This document shows, piece after piece, positions 40,679 to 49,961 of a stretch of DNA of 64,000 bases. Below the pieces are notes generated by a model. It was not told the DNA's origin and did no database searches. It saw only the letters and a program-made list of their open reading frames with translations. Position 1 is the stretch's first letter. Each line of letters begins with the position of its first letter. The DNA lies in contig CAVQBK010000003.1 in assembly GCA_963710755.1 (NCBI GenBank), forward strand, positions 32,001 to 96,000, read 5' to 3'. Made by a program: the position numbers and the translations under genes. The DNA comes from an uncultured bacterium. GTDB taxonomy: Bacteria; Oederibacteriota; JAAXVQ01; JAUVAV01.

Positions 40679-40820
40679 AATTAAAATATCCTTTTATTTT
40701 TCGGAGCCTTGCTTCCGATAATGAGTTAGCCTGGTGTGGCCAATTTTTATTCGTTCCCCCGGCGTTTTCTGTTATAGTAATGTCCATGTAATTATTTCTT
40801 AAAAAGGCAGCTATTAAGCG

Positions 40821-41711
40821 ATGACCCCAACTTTAACCTTGGCCCTATACGCAGCAGCATTGTTATCCGGCGGGCTGACTTTCTATTATTTTTTCCAGAC
40901 CTATCGCGATTCCGGGCGCAGGCTGTGCTACCATTATCTGTTCTTTTTAATCGGGCTGAGTGCCTTGCTGGTGACCACTACGGTAGCCCATTACACCCAA
41001 CACGCCTTTCCAGGCCTGGTGCTGGGACGGCTAACGCAGTCAACCGTGATTCTAAGTTGCTCTATGCTGGTCTGGGCTTTGCCCAATTTAGTCCTCTCTC
41101 TGTATTATCACCCGGCTGCCAGTCAGTGGCATTACGTATTTTCCAATGCCGCGGTTGTCACCTCGCTGATGACGGTACTGCTTTGGTTCTGGCCGGTTCA
41201 GGCCATGGCCACCTTTCCTGTATTTATGGCTTATTTGGCTTTGGGCCTGGCCGCACTTTTTTCCGCAGCCGTACTTTATCAAAACCGTGACGCTGTAATT
41301 AAAGCTTCCTCCACTTTTTTAAAGCTGGCCATGGTGGTCTTTTTTGTGCTGGTCAGCCTGGTCATTTACGCCGAAGCCACCGCTGCTTGGCCAGCCTGGC
41401 CGGGCCTTACCTATAGTTTTCCCATGATTTTTCTACTCTGGAATGGGCTCTCCCTGCTGTTTAAATTCAACGCCCCCGGTGATTCGCTGGCCACCAAGTC
41501 GGCCATCCAAGCTTTTAAACGCGTTCACCAGCTTTCCGACCACGAAGAAGCCATCATTGAAAATATTTTGGCGGGAAAAATGAATGCAGAAATCGCCCGG
41601 GAAATGAATCTGCCCAAAGACATGCTGAACAATCAAATTAACAAGATCTTCCAAAAAGTCAAGATCCAAAACCGCCTCGACTTGCTGAAAAAGATCCACG
41701 AACTTCACTAG
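40821..41711 (+). CDS. Membrane-bound LuxR-family HTH regulator
   Basis: About 7 TM helices then LS..E..II..IL.G..N.EIA.......I..IF.K..I.NR. Confidence 0.8.
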   Translation: MTPTLTLALYAAALLSGGLTFYYFFQTYRDSGRRLCYHYLFFLIGLSALLVTTTVAHYTQHAFPGLVLGRLTQSTVILSCSMLVWALPNLVLSLYYHPAASQWHYVFSNAAVVTSLMTVLLWFWPVQAMATFPVFMAYLALGLAALFSAAVLYQNRDAVIKASSTFLKLAMVVFFVLVSLVIYAEATAAWPAWPGLTYSFPMIFLLWNGLSLLFKFNAPGDSLATKSAIQAFKRVHQLSDHEEAIIENILAGKMNAEIAREMNLPKDMLNNQINKIFQKVKIQNRLDLLKKIHELH

Positions 41712-43456
41712 GCCCCTCTGGTTTTGTAATACCCTTCCCACAACCCCTGAATAAATTTGGCCACATTCTGTCCCAGCGTACGTATCCTATAACCACCCTC
41801 TTGCACCACCAAGGTGGCATAATGCAGCCGGCCCAGCCTATGCCCATGGCGATGAAAATCATGGCCAATGAAAGGCCAAGAACCGGTAGGATCGCCTTTG
41901 GCCGTATCCGCTCCGAAAGCAATGACCAGAAATTTCGGATTAAAGCGGGTTATTTTATGAATAGCCTGCTGCAGGGTGTCTTGATACATCTCAGTGGTAA
42001 TGGTTTCCGGTAAGGGATAATTCCAGTTGTACCCCAGTCCCGGACCATAACCTTTCTCGTCCTTGAAGCCTGTGAAGTAAGGGAAGGCCACATTGGGATG
42101 ACCATGAATAGAGATGGTCAGCACATCGGCCCGGTCGTAAAAAATATCCTGCTGGCCATTACCGTGGTGATAGTCAATGTCCACAACGGCCACCTTGCCG
42201 TACCGGCTCAGATAGGCCGCGGCCACAGCCGTGGTATTGAGATAACAAAATCCGCCGAACAGATTCTTCTCAGCATGATGCCCGGGCGGCCGCACCAAGG
42301 CATAGGCCAGGGCATTGCCCTGAACGAGCTCCTGGGCGGCGCTGAGCGCGCAATCCACTGCGCCCCGTGCCGCCAAAAAAGCATTGCGGTTGATCGGGGT
42401 AAAGGTATCCATGCAGTAATACCCCGCCCGAATGGCCAATTCATGAGGCGGCCGATGAGGATTGCGCACGGGAAACACATAGGGATAAATGGATTTCATT
42501 CCCGACAAGGACAGGCTGACCCGCTTGAGGTAGTGATAAAACCCGGCGGCGTGTACCGCCGTAATATATTTTTCCGGAAAGTGGCCGCTGCGCGCATATA
42601 CACATAATTGTTGTTTGCCCAACTCGCGCAAAATGGCATGAATGCGCACCGGCGCCTCCACATAACCGTTCTGTTTGATATGATGAATATCATGCTGGAC
42701 ATTATAAAACAATTTTATTTTCCGGTCCTCCGGAATGCCGGCGGCAAGCACAGGAACGCTTTCTTGAAGATAACGAAAAGGACGCAATTGCACGGGCTGG
42801 TCATTGATGGAGTGCACCACCTTATCCACGTAAGCCTGAGGGCAAAGATCGCCGTATTTGCGTTCCAAAATAGCCCGCACAATGGCACGGGTCTTACTTC
42901 GGGTGAGCGCCCGGTGCCAGCCCAGGTCATCAAACATTAAGTAAGGGGGACAATCGTCCTGAGCCGTCAGCGGGGTTTCATATAGCGTGTGGATGATGGG
43001 CCGGGCGCCATAACGTTCGTAAAAAGATAAGCGGGAGGCATTTTGCCTTAAGACCTTGGGATCTTGGCACAAGGCCGGGTCATCCGGCAGGCATTCGAAA
43101 AACAGACCCAGCACATCCAGGTAATGGCATTCATCGCGCACCCGTTCATACAACAATCCGCCGATGCCACTGCCGGTCTTGGCTTTGCTGGTGGCAATAA
43201 AATCAAGAAAACAAAAATTCAAATCAGGAGCGTAGTTGAGCAACACAAACCCCTGCACCACATGCTGCAAGGTTTCGGCCACAATCAAAAGGGTTCGGTA
43301 CTTATATTTAAGAGGGTTGTTTAACTCTTCGCGGATTTTTTCAATTTTCTCTTCCTTGATGGCAGGAAACTGGTCGTGTATGATCTGCTGGACCTGACGC
43401 AGCGCATCCTGATCGGGTTCGGTCTGGTCGCTGAGAATCTGGCGCAGGTTGATCAT
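41708..43456 (-). CDS. GNAT-domain + histone deacetylase-family (acetylpolyamine amidohydrolase-like) fusion
   Basis: N-terminal GNAT (LDFIA...GSGIGG.LY); C-terminal RPPGHHA, GGFCYLN, DIDYHHGNG, SIHG, GADT.KGDP, EGGY. Confidence 0.9.
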   Translation of the reverse strand: MINLRQILSDQTEPDQDALRQVQQIIHDQFPAIKEEKIEKIREELNNPLKYKYRTLLIVAETLQHVVQGFVLLNYAPDLNFCFLDFIATSKAKTGSGIGGLLYERVRDECHYLDVLGLFFECLPDDPALCQDPKVLRQNASRLSFYERYGARPIIHTLYETPLTAQDDCPPYLMFDDLGWHRALTRSKTRAIVRAILERKYGDLCPQAYVDKVVHSINDQPVQLRPFRYLQESVPVLAAGIPEDRKIKLFYNVQHDIHHIKQNGYVEAPVRIHAILRELGKQQLCVYARSGHFPEKYITAVHAAGFYHYLKRVSLSLSGMKSIYPYVFPVRNPHRPPHELAIRAGYYCMDTFTPINRNAFLAARGAVDCALSAAQELVQGNALAYALVRPPGHHAEKNLFGGFCYLNTTAVAAAYLSRYGKVAVVDIDYHHGNGQQDIFYDRADVLTISIHGHPNVAFPYFTGFKDEKGYGPGLGYNWNYPLPETITTEMYQDTLQQAIHKITRFNPKFLVIAFGADTAKGDPTGSWPFIGHDFHRHGHRLGRLHYATLVVQEGGYRIRTLGQNVAKFIQGLWEGYYKTRGA

Positions 43457-43971
43457 GGGGCGCTGATGCCGAATTTTTTCATGAACACCACCCGGTCATC
43501 CTGATCCGCATAGTAATCGGGAATCCTGGCCACTTCTGTGTAACCTTGACGCAAATAGAATTGGCGGGTGGGTTCGTACAAGGCGCGGCCCGCGGTCTCA
43601 ATAAAAATAATCTCGCCCTTGTCCGCTTTGATCATCTGCTCCATGCGGATTAACAGTTGCCGGCCAATAGTCTGATTCTGCCAGTCTTTAGCCACGGCCA
43701 GCCAATAAATGTCAAAGCGATGACTGGTTAGAGGAATCGGCCCAAAACAACCATACCCTATCAGACGGCCTTTATGCTCCGCCATGAGAAACTCATAACC
43801 GCTGGCTTGGCCCTGATGAAGACGCGCCTCCACCAGTTCCCTGGCAATCTCGATTTCATTACCGTAAAAAAAGCCGGTACTGCGCAGCAATTCTTCCACG
43901 GCCCCTTGATCTGCGGCGGTCACGTCTTGGCGCCAAGTCAGGTTTTTAAATTCAATTGGACTGAGGTCCAT
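43453..43971 (-). CDS. GNAT N-acetyltransferase
   Basis: GY.CFGPIP, D.YWLAV...QNQ.IGR.L, ET.G...YEPTR.FY...GY, DYYA..DD. Confidence 0.9.
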   Translation of the reverse strand: MDLSPIEFKNLTWRQDVTAADQGAVEELLRSTGFFYGNEIEIARELVEARLHQGQASGYEFLMAEHKGRLIGYGCFGPIPLTSHRFDIYWLAVAKDWQNQTIGRQLLIRMEQMIKADKGEIIFIETAGRALYEPTRQFYLRQGYTEVARIPDYYADQDDRVVFMKKFGISAP

Positions 43972-44962
43972 GCTGGAACGCCCCCTTTGGTTTCAGCGCC
44001 ACGTCCAGCAGGCGTTGGATAATTTGGGCGGAGGGATAGCCGGCCCGGTCGGCAGCGGCTATAAATCCGGAGTCAGATGCAATGCCCGGATTGGCATTGA
44101 TCTCCAATACCCACAGCCGCCCGTCCTGGTCTTCACGAAAATCCACACGGGCGTATCCATTAAGACCAAAAGTTTGCCAGCACTGCAGCGCTGTTTGCTT
44201 GAGCGATTGGGCCAGGGATTCCTCCTCCACGAATTGCCTTCTGGTTTGTTGGTAGGCCGCGCTGGTGTTCATCCATTTGGCTTGATAGGTCAGAATCTTG
44301 GGTTTGCCCTGCGGCCATTGATCAAAAACAATCTCCGCCGGTGGCAGCACCTCCACACCTTCCTGCTCCTGCTCCACCAAAGCCACATTAAATTCCCGGC
44401 CATTGATGAAAGTCTCGACTAAGAGCGGCTGCCGGTAAAATGCCAGCAGGCGGCGGATTTCCTGCCGCAATTTATCCGGCGCGGTAAAGTAAATATTGTC
44501 ATGAATACCAACGGATGCATCTTCCCAGGCCGGTTTGACGATCCAGGGTCCTGGAATTTCCAACTCTAACGGGCCACCCCGGTAGACTTCCCAGGCTGGC
44601 GTGGGAAGTCGGTGCTTTTCCATCAAAGCCTTGGCCAGCAGTTTATCCGTGGTGGTAAGCATGGCTGCATAATGACAGCCCGTGCAGGGTATGCCCAGCA
44701 CAGCCCACAGTCCTGCTGCCGCAGACTGGATGCGTGGATCATGGCCATGGCTTTCCAGCAAATTAAATACCACGTCCGGCTGGAAGCGTATCAGCCTGGC
44801 CAGGTCCTTGTCCATGCCTCTTTGCCCCAAAGACAGGGCGAAAAGCTGATGCTCATGATGATAGCTGGTCAGGGCTTTGACCACCACATCGGTTTCATCC
44901 AATACATCCATCACATCGGGTTGATTTTTTTCAGGTTGGTTGTAACATACCGCCACTTTCAT
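43952..44962 (-). CDS. Ddl-like ATP-grasp ligase B
   Basis: VFNL.ES, DK..AK, IVKP..EDASVGI, E.FI.GREFNV, GYARVDFR, EINANP; lacks the Ddl N-terminal GGxSxE motif. Confidence 0.88.
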   Translation of the reverse strand: MKVAVCYNQPEKNQPDVMDVLDETDVVVKALTSYHHEHQLFALSLGQRGMDKDLARLIRFQPDVVFNLLESHGHDPRIQSAAAGLWAVLGIPCTGCHYAAMLTTTDKLLAKALMEKHRLPTPAWEVYRGGPLELEIPGPWIVKPAWEDASVGIHDNIYFTAPDKLRQEIRRLLAFYRQPLLVETFINGREFNVALVEQEQEGVEVLPPAEIVFDQWPQGKPKILTYQAKWMNTSAAYQQTRRQFVEEESLAQSLKQTALQCWQTFGLNGYARVDFREDQDGRLWVLEINANPGIASDSGFIAAADRAGYPSAQIIQRLLDVALKPKGAFQHGPQSN

Positions 44963-44971
44963 AACCAACTC

Positions 44972-46000
44972 CTAGGCCACTTTCTTGTCTGTCGCCGGCA
45001 GAGGCGGCATGCGTTTCTGAGCCGAACGGACGATACCTTTGATGAGATCCAAATAAGACAGGCCCAGTTGGCCGCACATGATGGGCAGGTCGGAATCCAC
45101 TGGATTCAAACCCGGCAGAGGATTGATCTCCATAAAATGCAGCTGCCCATGCCGGTCTTCCCGCAGATCCACCCGCGCCACATCCCGGCATTGCAGGACC
45201 TGATAAGCCGCCATGGCTATGGCGCCGGCTTGCTCAATCGCGGCCGGATCGCGGACCAATTCATAGCGCACAAAATCACGGTAATATTTCTTGTTATGGT
45301 AGGAATAAAAATCATCTGTGGCTTCAGGATTTAATTTAATTTCCAGTACGCCCAGCACCCGGGCGGCTGGCCCCGTGCCGATGATGCCCACTGTCAATTC
45401 CCGTCCGGGCAGATATTCCTCCACCAATACCGGCTGACAACAGTGAGCGAGCACTAAGCTCACGGTCTGCTGCAACTGCTGGTAGTCGCGGACCATGGCA
45501 TTGGACAAAATACCCTTGCCCGTGCCTTCATAAGCCGGTTTAACAAACAAGGGATAGGTCAGTGCCTCCTGGTCCATGACGCTATGCAATTGCTCCATGT
45601 TGGTAACCGTTGCAAACTTGGCCGTGGCTACACCCGCACTGGCCACCAAACGCTTGGTAATGGCTTTGTCCAGGCTTACACTCAGGGTCAAGGGATCGCT
45701 AAAGGTGTACGGGATTTGAAAGGCTTCCAGGATGGCAGGCACCTGCGACTCCCGGTTGCGCCCCTGCAGGCCTTCGGCAATATTAAACACCAAGTCCCAA
45801 CGTTGGTTGCAGGCCAGTTGTTTGACCAGGGCATTGACATTGCCGATCATCACCGGCGTGTGCCCCATCTGGGCAACAGCATCGGCGATGGCGCTAATGG
45901 TGTCCTCGGAATCAAACTCCGCGGCCTGTTCCTCGCTCAGACCAGCGGCCAAATAAACTTTTTTCAAATCATAGGTTAGTCCGATTTTCATTTTGGTCAC
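44972..46000 (-). CDS. Ddl-like ATP-grasp ligase A
   Basis: VFNIAEG..GR.RESQVP.ILE, LDK..TK, FVKP..EGTGKGI, EEYLPGRE.TV, RVD.R, EINPLPGL. Confidence 0.88.
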   Translation of the reverse strand: MTKMKIGLTYDLKKVYLAAGLSEEQAAEFDSEDTISAIADAVAQMGHTPVMIGNVNALVKQLACNQRWDLVFNIAEGLQGRNRESQVPAILEAFQIPYTFSDPLTLSVSLDKAITKRLVASAGVATAKFATVTNMEQLHSVMDQEALTYPLFVKPAYEGTGKGILSNAMVRDYQQLQQTVSLVLAHCCQPVLVEEYLPGRELTVGIIGTGPAARVLGVLEIKLNPEATDDFYSYHNKKYYRDFVRYELVRDPAAIEQAGAIAMAAYQVLQCRDVARVDLREDRHGQLHFMEINPLPGLNPVDSDLPIMCGQLGLSYLDLIKGIVRSAQKRMPPLPATDKKVA

Positions 46001-46027
46001 CTTTACTCAAAACATACCGGTCGGCCC

Positions 46028-47323
46028 TTAGGCCGTCTGGCTGCGTGCTCGCCGCCGTTGCCAGCGCTCGCTCTGCAGGGGAGCCACGATGCGCGTGCCA
46101 GGGACGGCATTGGGTTTTAGAAGCTGTGGCCGTTTGCCCGCGTATCGCCGGCCGCGGTCAGAGCTCTCCTGCGGGTTTTCACAAATCACGATCATACCTT
46201 CATAATTGCGCAACATCACTTCCTGAGGACTGGCACTGAGCAGGTAGAAAGGTTGCAAGGGAATCTTGCCGCCGCCGCCGGGTGCATCCACCACGAAGGT
46301 GGGTATGCACATACCCCCGGTATGACCACGCATGGCCTCGATGATCTCCAGGCCTTTTAAGATATTGGTCCGAAAATGATCCACCCCGGACACGGGATCG
46401 CATTGGAACAGATAATAGGGCCGCACCATGATCCGTTGCAGGGCATGATTGAGTTCCAGCATGGTTTCCACCGAATCATTGATGCCTTTGAGCAGCACGG
46501 TCTGATTGGAAACAGGAATGCCGCCCAATTGCAGTTTGTTACATGCTTCCTGAGCCTCCGGGGTAATTTCCTGCTTGTGATTAAACTGGGTATTGATCCA
46601 CATGGGCCGGTGTCTTTTTAACACCTCCACCAGTTCATCCGTAATGCGCATAGGCAATACCACCGGAACCCGGGTGCCGATGCGGATCACTTCCAGATGC
46701 GGTATTTTTCTCAAGTCCGACAAAAAACCGTTGAGCAGATCCAGATTCATAATCAACGGATCGCCGCCGGAAATAATGATCTCGCGCACCTTCCTGGTAT
46801 TCTTGACATACTCCACCATTTTTTGCAGATCCAGACGTGAGCAGGCGTACTCCCCATTTTTCCAGATGCGCTTTCTGGTGCAATGACGGCAATACATGCT
46901 ACAGGTGTTGGTGACAATGGCCAGCACCCGGTCAGGATAACGATGCACCAGATTGGGCACAGGCATGTCTTTTTCTTCCTCCAAGGGATCATCATGACCT
47001 GCAAGGCCGGAATCGATCTCCTTGAGATCGGGCAGGCATTGCTTGCGAACGGGATCATCAGGATCATCCCAGTTAATCAAGGAGAAGTAATAGGGTGTGA
47101 TCGCAAACGGATAAAGGGCATTCAATTTTTTATACTTCGATACCTGATTGGGACTTAAGGGCAGTACTTCCGCCAGCTTGTCTAGGGAGCGCAGCCGATT
47201 GGCCATTTGCCAGCGCCAGTCCTGCCATTGCTCCAAACTTGTTTGCGGCCACAGTTGCGCCATGACCTTTTCATTCAGTTGTTCCGTGCTGTAACTCGGC
47301 GGCTCGTTGTCTTCTTGTTTCAT
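46028..47323 (-). CDS. kamA: Lysine 2,3-aminomutase-type radical SAM/PLP enzyme
   Basis: W.DW.WQ..N, HRYPDR, CSMYCRHCTR, SGGDP, NQ.VLL.GIND, YYLFQCD, FVVDAPGGGGKIP (PLP lysine). Confidence 0.92.
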   Translation of the reverse strand: MKQEDNEPPSYSTEQLNEKVMAQLWPQTSLEQWQDWRWQMANRLRSLDKLAEVLPLSPNQVSKYKKLNALYPFAITPYYFSLINWDDPDDPVRKQCLPDLKEIDSGLAGHDDPLEEEKDMPVPNLVHRYPDRVLAIVTNTCSMYCRHCTRKRIWKNGEYACSRLDLQKMVEYVKNTRKVREIIISGGDPLIMNLDLLNGFLSDLRKIPHLEVIRIGTRVPVVLPMRITDELVEVLKRHRPMWINTQFNHKQEITPEAQEACNKLQLGGIPVSNQTVLLKGINDSVETMLELNHALQRIMVRPYYLFQCDPVSGVDHFRTNILKGLEIIEAMRGHTGGMCIPTFVVDAPGGGGKIPLQPFYLLSASPQEVMLRNYEGMIVICENPQESSDRGRRYAGKRPQLLKPNAVPGTRIVAPLQSERWQRRRARSQTA

Positions 47324-47358
47324 TCACTTTCACCTCAAGTCCGGCCTGAGCAGGGCCG

Positions 47359-47406
47359 TTAGATAGTAGTTGGAGGCGTATTGGTCGTGGTTATAGTTGG
47401 GATCAT
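47359..47406 (-). CDS. Putative 15-aa leader peptide MIPTITTTNTPPTTI
   Basis: ATG...TAA ending 35 bp before kamA; 7 Thr, 3 Ile, 3 Pro; followed by a CGGCC/GGCCG hairpin next to the kamA RBS. Its own RBS is weak. Confidence 0.5.
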   Translation of the reverse strand: MIPTITTTNTPPTTI

Positions 47407-47725
47407 AGCGTTTCCATGAAAAACAATACAAATTTAATTTTTATGATTTAATATTTTTTTTATTTGACAAAGCGCTTGCCACGGCTCACATGTATTTAAG
47501 GCTTTTAATTTAGTCTTTTTATGCCTATTTTGGTAAAATTCATAAAAACAGCCTTATTTGCACGTGTTTTTAAAAGGAAAAAAGTAAACTTTGTTTTTAT
47601 CCTGTATTTATGGGGGAAAATGATGGTTTTTCGGCTGAGGCTGAGGACGACGATTTTTTTTAGATCTTTTTTGTGCCAACTAACGGTGGTGTTATAATGG
47701 GGAAACATTTATTCCCGGAGGACCC

Positions 47726-48139
47726 ATGGACCAGGATGCTTACCTAGCTCATTTATTGGATACGATTGACGGTCTTTACACCGGTTTGCGTTCCAAAAAG
47801 ACATCCTTAAGTGTTGAGGCTTATAAAGCCTTGCTCAATGATTATTATCTGAAACATTTCGGCTTTGACCGCCGTACCGGTAAGATGACCACACAGGATT
47901 ATATTACCAAGACCTATTGTCAGCAGAATCCTTTTCCGCTGGATAAATGCCTGCTGCTGGCCTGCTTTCTGTTGGAAGACGTAACCTTGAGCCAGGAAGA
48001 TGTGGCTGAGCAAAAGCGACTGTTAAAAAAAGTGCAGTTTATTGACAGCATGATCACCCGTCATCATCCGAACTTGGTATATGAGCCCTTTAAAAAAGAA
48101 TTGTCCCTTTGGACGGCCAAGGTGCAGGAACAGGAATAA
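47726..48139 (+). CDS. Hypothetical protein
   Basis: GGAGG RBS, upstream TGTTATAAT extended -10; 137 aa. Confidence 0.65.
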   Translation: MDQDAYLAHLLDTIDGLYTGLRSKKTSLSVEAYKALLNDYYLKHFGFDRRTGKMTTQDYITKTYCQQNPFPLDKCLLLACFLLEDVTLSQEDVAEQKRLLKKVQFIDSMITRHHPNLVYEPFKKELSLWTAKVQEQE

Positions 48140-48179
48140 ACTACCCTGCTCTTCAGAGACCGTGTCCTAGCCATTTTTT

Positions 48180-48290
48180 GTCGTCATCCCGGCGTCGACG
48201 AAAGTCGAAGATCCAGCGCAAGCTGGACCGGAATCGGAGGGCCTTGATTTTAAGGTCTTTTCTGGACCCCGGCTTTCGCCGGGGCGACGG
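48180..48290. repeat. REP-like palindromic element (GTCATCCCGGC...CCCGGCTTTCGCCGGG type)
   Basis: CGTCATCCCGGCG...TCGAC-gaaa-GTCGA...CTGGACCCCGGC-tttc-GCCGGGGCGACG; nested hairpins. Confidence 0.75.
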
Positions 48291-48434
48291 CTATAGGGCG
48301 CCCTCAGATTAGCTTGTCCCCATATCATAGGATATTTTTAAAACCGAATAGTTCCCTAGCGCCAAAATAAATATTCAGTCTTAATTTAAAGGACTTTGAC
48401 CAACCTAATTGGAGAAGATCTATTAAAGCATCTA

Positions 48435-49733
48435 TTAAAACACCGATTTAAGCAGCACGTTAATCAGATCCTCATCGCGGTAATGGATGGTCAAACCGGC
48501 TTTGTAATAAGGATGACGGAGGATGTCTTCCGCGCCGGCGCTGAGTTCGATCAGATCCATAAGCACCACCCCCACGCGCGCATCGAGCTGCAGGGGATTG
48601 AGATCCACCCGATAGGCATCGAGAAGCACTTTAAAGTTGTCATCCATCATGCGCAGATCCAGGCCGGCCACAAAATAATCATCCTTGATCAGCCCGCCGC
48701 GGATATAAAGCGGGGTCTGGAGAATACGCCAGGCCAGCTGGGCTTCCAGTGTGGTCTGGTCGGTTTCCTCTCCGTAGAGACCGGTCACCTTTTGAATACC
48801 CAACATGTAATAACGCTGATCGCTGGGCCAGATATGCATCTGGGCAAATCCACCGGCAATATTACTTTCATATTTATTTAGTCCAAAACTCAGATCAAAG
48901 CGGATACGGTCGATTTTTTCCTGGTATTCACCGACCCGTTTGACCACCCGCGACGCCGTGGTCACGGTCTCGTCAATTTTCTCCTTGGTCTCAGGAGAAA
49001 TCAGGGTCTGTTCTGCGTTTTTCAGATCGGCCACCACCACCCGGATATCTTTAACGGAAGCCACCAGTTCGTCATAAAGTTCGGGATCCTTCATCAGCTT
49101 CTGAGCCGTACCTTCATTGTCATTCAGCGTACGGGCAAAAGTATGCAGCTGGCTTAGAACCTCACGCAATTCATGGTAAAGACCGGGGTCCTTGGTCAGT
49201 TGCCCCAGGCTGCCTTGGCCGTTGGCAATATCACTGCTGATCTCGTCCAGATTGCGCAGCAGGCTTTTGGCGGAGACCATCATGCTGTCCAGATCACCGG
49301 CCAGTTCCTTGGCCGGCACGCCCTCAAGCACCGCGCCATTGGCCACCATGGGGGCATTGCTGCTGCCCGGGGTAATATCCACGAACATGTCTCCCAAGAG
49401 CCCCATGCCCTTAATTTGAGCCTGAGCATCATTTTTAATATAGGCTTGAATTCTTTTTTCCACTTCCATAACCACCCGGATAGTGGCTGGATTGCTGCCT
49501 TTGACAAAATCCACCTTTTTAACCGAGCCCACTTCCATGCCTGAAAACCACACCGGTGAAGAGGCCCGCAGACCGGCCACATTAGGGTAATAAGCAGTCA
49601 GTTCGATTTTTTTGGAGAAGGGATTGACGCCCTTGGTGGGGAAAATCATGGCCAGCAAAGCAATACCGAGGGCCAGAGTAAATAATGTTCCCACTCTTAA
49701 TTTCATAGCTGCGTGATTGCGACTGCTCCTCAT
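48435..49733 (-). CDS. mlaD: MlaD/MCE protein with long helical region and C-terminal beta-rich domain
   Basis: TM anchor, GL...SPV.FSG..VG.V, GLLGD.FV.I.PG, G.GSLG.L..D..LY repeats, alternating beta strands at the C-terminus. Confidence 0.88.
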   Translation of the reverse strand: MRSSRNHAAMKLRVGTLFTLALGIALLAMIFPTKGVNPFSKKIELTAYYPNVAGLRASSPVWFSGMEVGSVKKVDFVKGSNPATIRVVMEVEKRIQAYIKNDAQAQIKGMGLLGDMFVDITPGSSNAPMVANGAVLEGVPAKELAGDLDSMMVSAKSLLRNLDEISSDIANGQGSLGQLTKDPGLYHELREVLSQLHTFARTLNDNEGTAQKLMKDPELYDELVASVKDIRVVVADLKNAEQTLISPETKEKIDETVTTASRVVKRVGEYQEKIDRIRFDLSFGLNKYESNIAGGFAQMHIWPSDQRYYMLGIQKVTGLYGEETDQTTLEAQLAWRILQTPLYIRGGLIKDDYFVAGLDLRMMDDNFKVLLDAYRVDLNPLQLDARVGVVLMDLIELSAGAEDILRHPYYKAGLTIHYRDEDLINVLLKSVF

Positions 49734-49802
49734 GTCACCATCCTTAAGGTATATTCGCCAGGCACTGATTTCTAACCGGCAGAGTCGGAATAAAAGGTTG
49801 GT

Positions 49803-49903
49803 CTCGCGCCAAGCCGCCAAGAAAATTAAAACAAAGCCTTATTTAAGCTTTTAATCGCAAAAAGATTTTATCTTTTCTTTGCGCCTTGGCGGCTTGGCGA
49901 GAG
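49803..49903. repeat. MITE/REP-like inverted repeat (CTTGGCGGCTTGGCG family), copy 2
   Basis: CTCGCGCCAAGCCGCCAAG ... CTTGGCGGCTTGGCGAGAG around an AT-rich core, inside the mlaF-mlaD gap. Confidence 0.75.
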
Positions 49904-49961
49904 TATTTCTTTCAAACCGTGCCAGGCACTGTTTCCAAGGCCGCTAAGTTGAGGCGCCTCT

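Noticed and set aside
43952-46000. Calling the ligases ddl or van genes
   Set aside because: They lack the GGxSxE N-terminal and LHG motifs, and there is no cell-wall or van gene context.
46028-47323. epmB (EF-P modification)
   Set aside because: Motifs are LAM-type (PGGGGK, QCD), the protein is long, and there is no adjacent efp or epmA.
48109-48312. 67-aa ORF ending FLDPGFRRGDG
   Set aside because: It is a translation of the REP-like palindrome.
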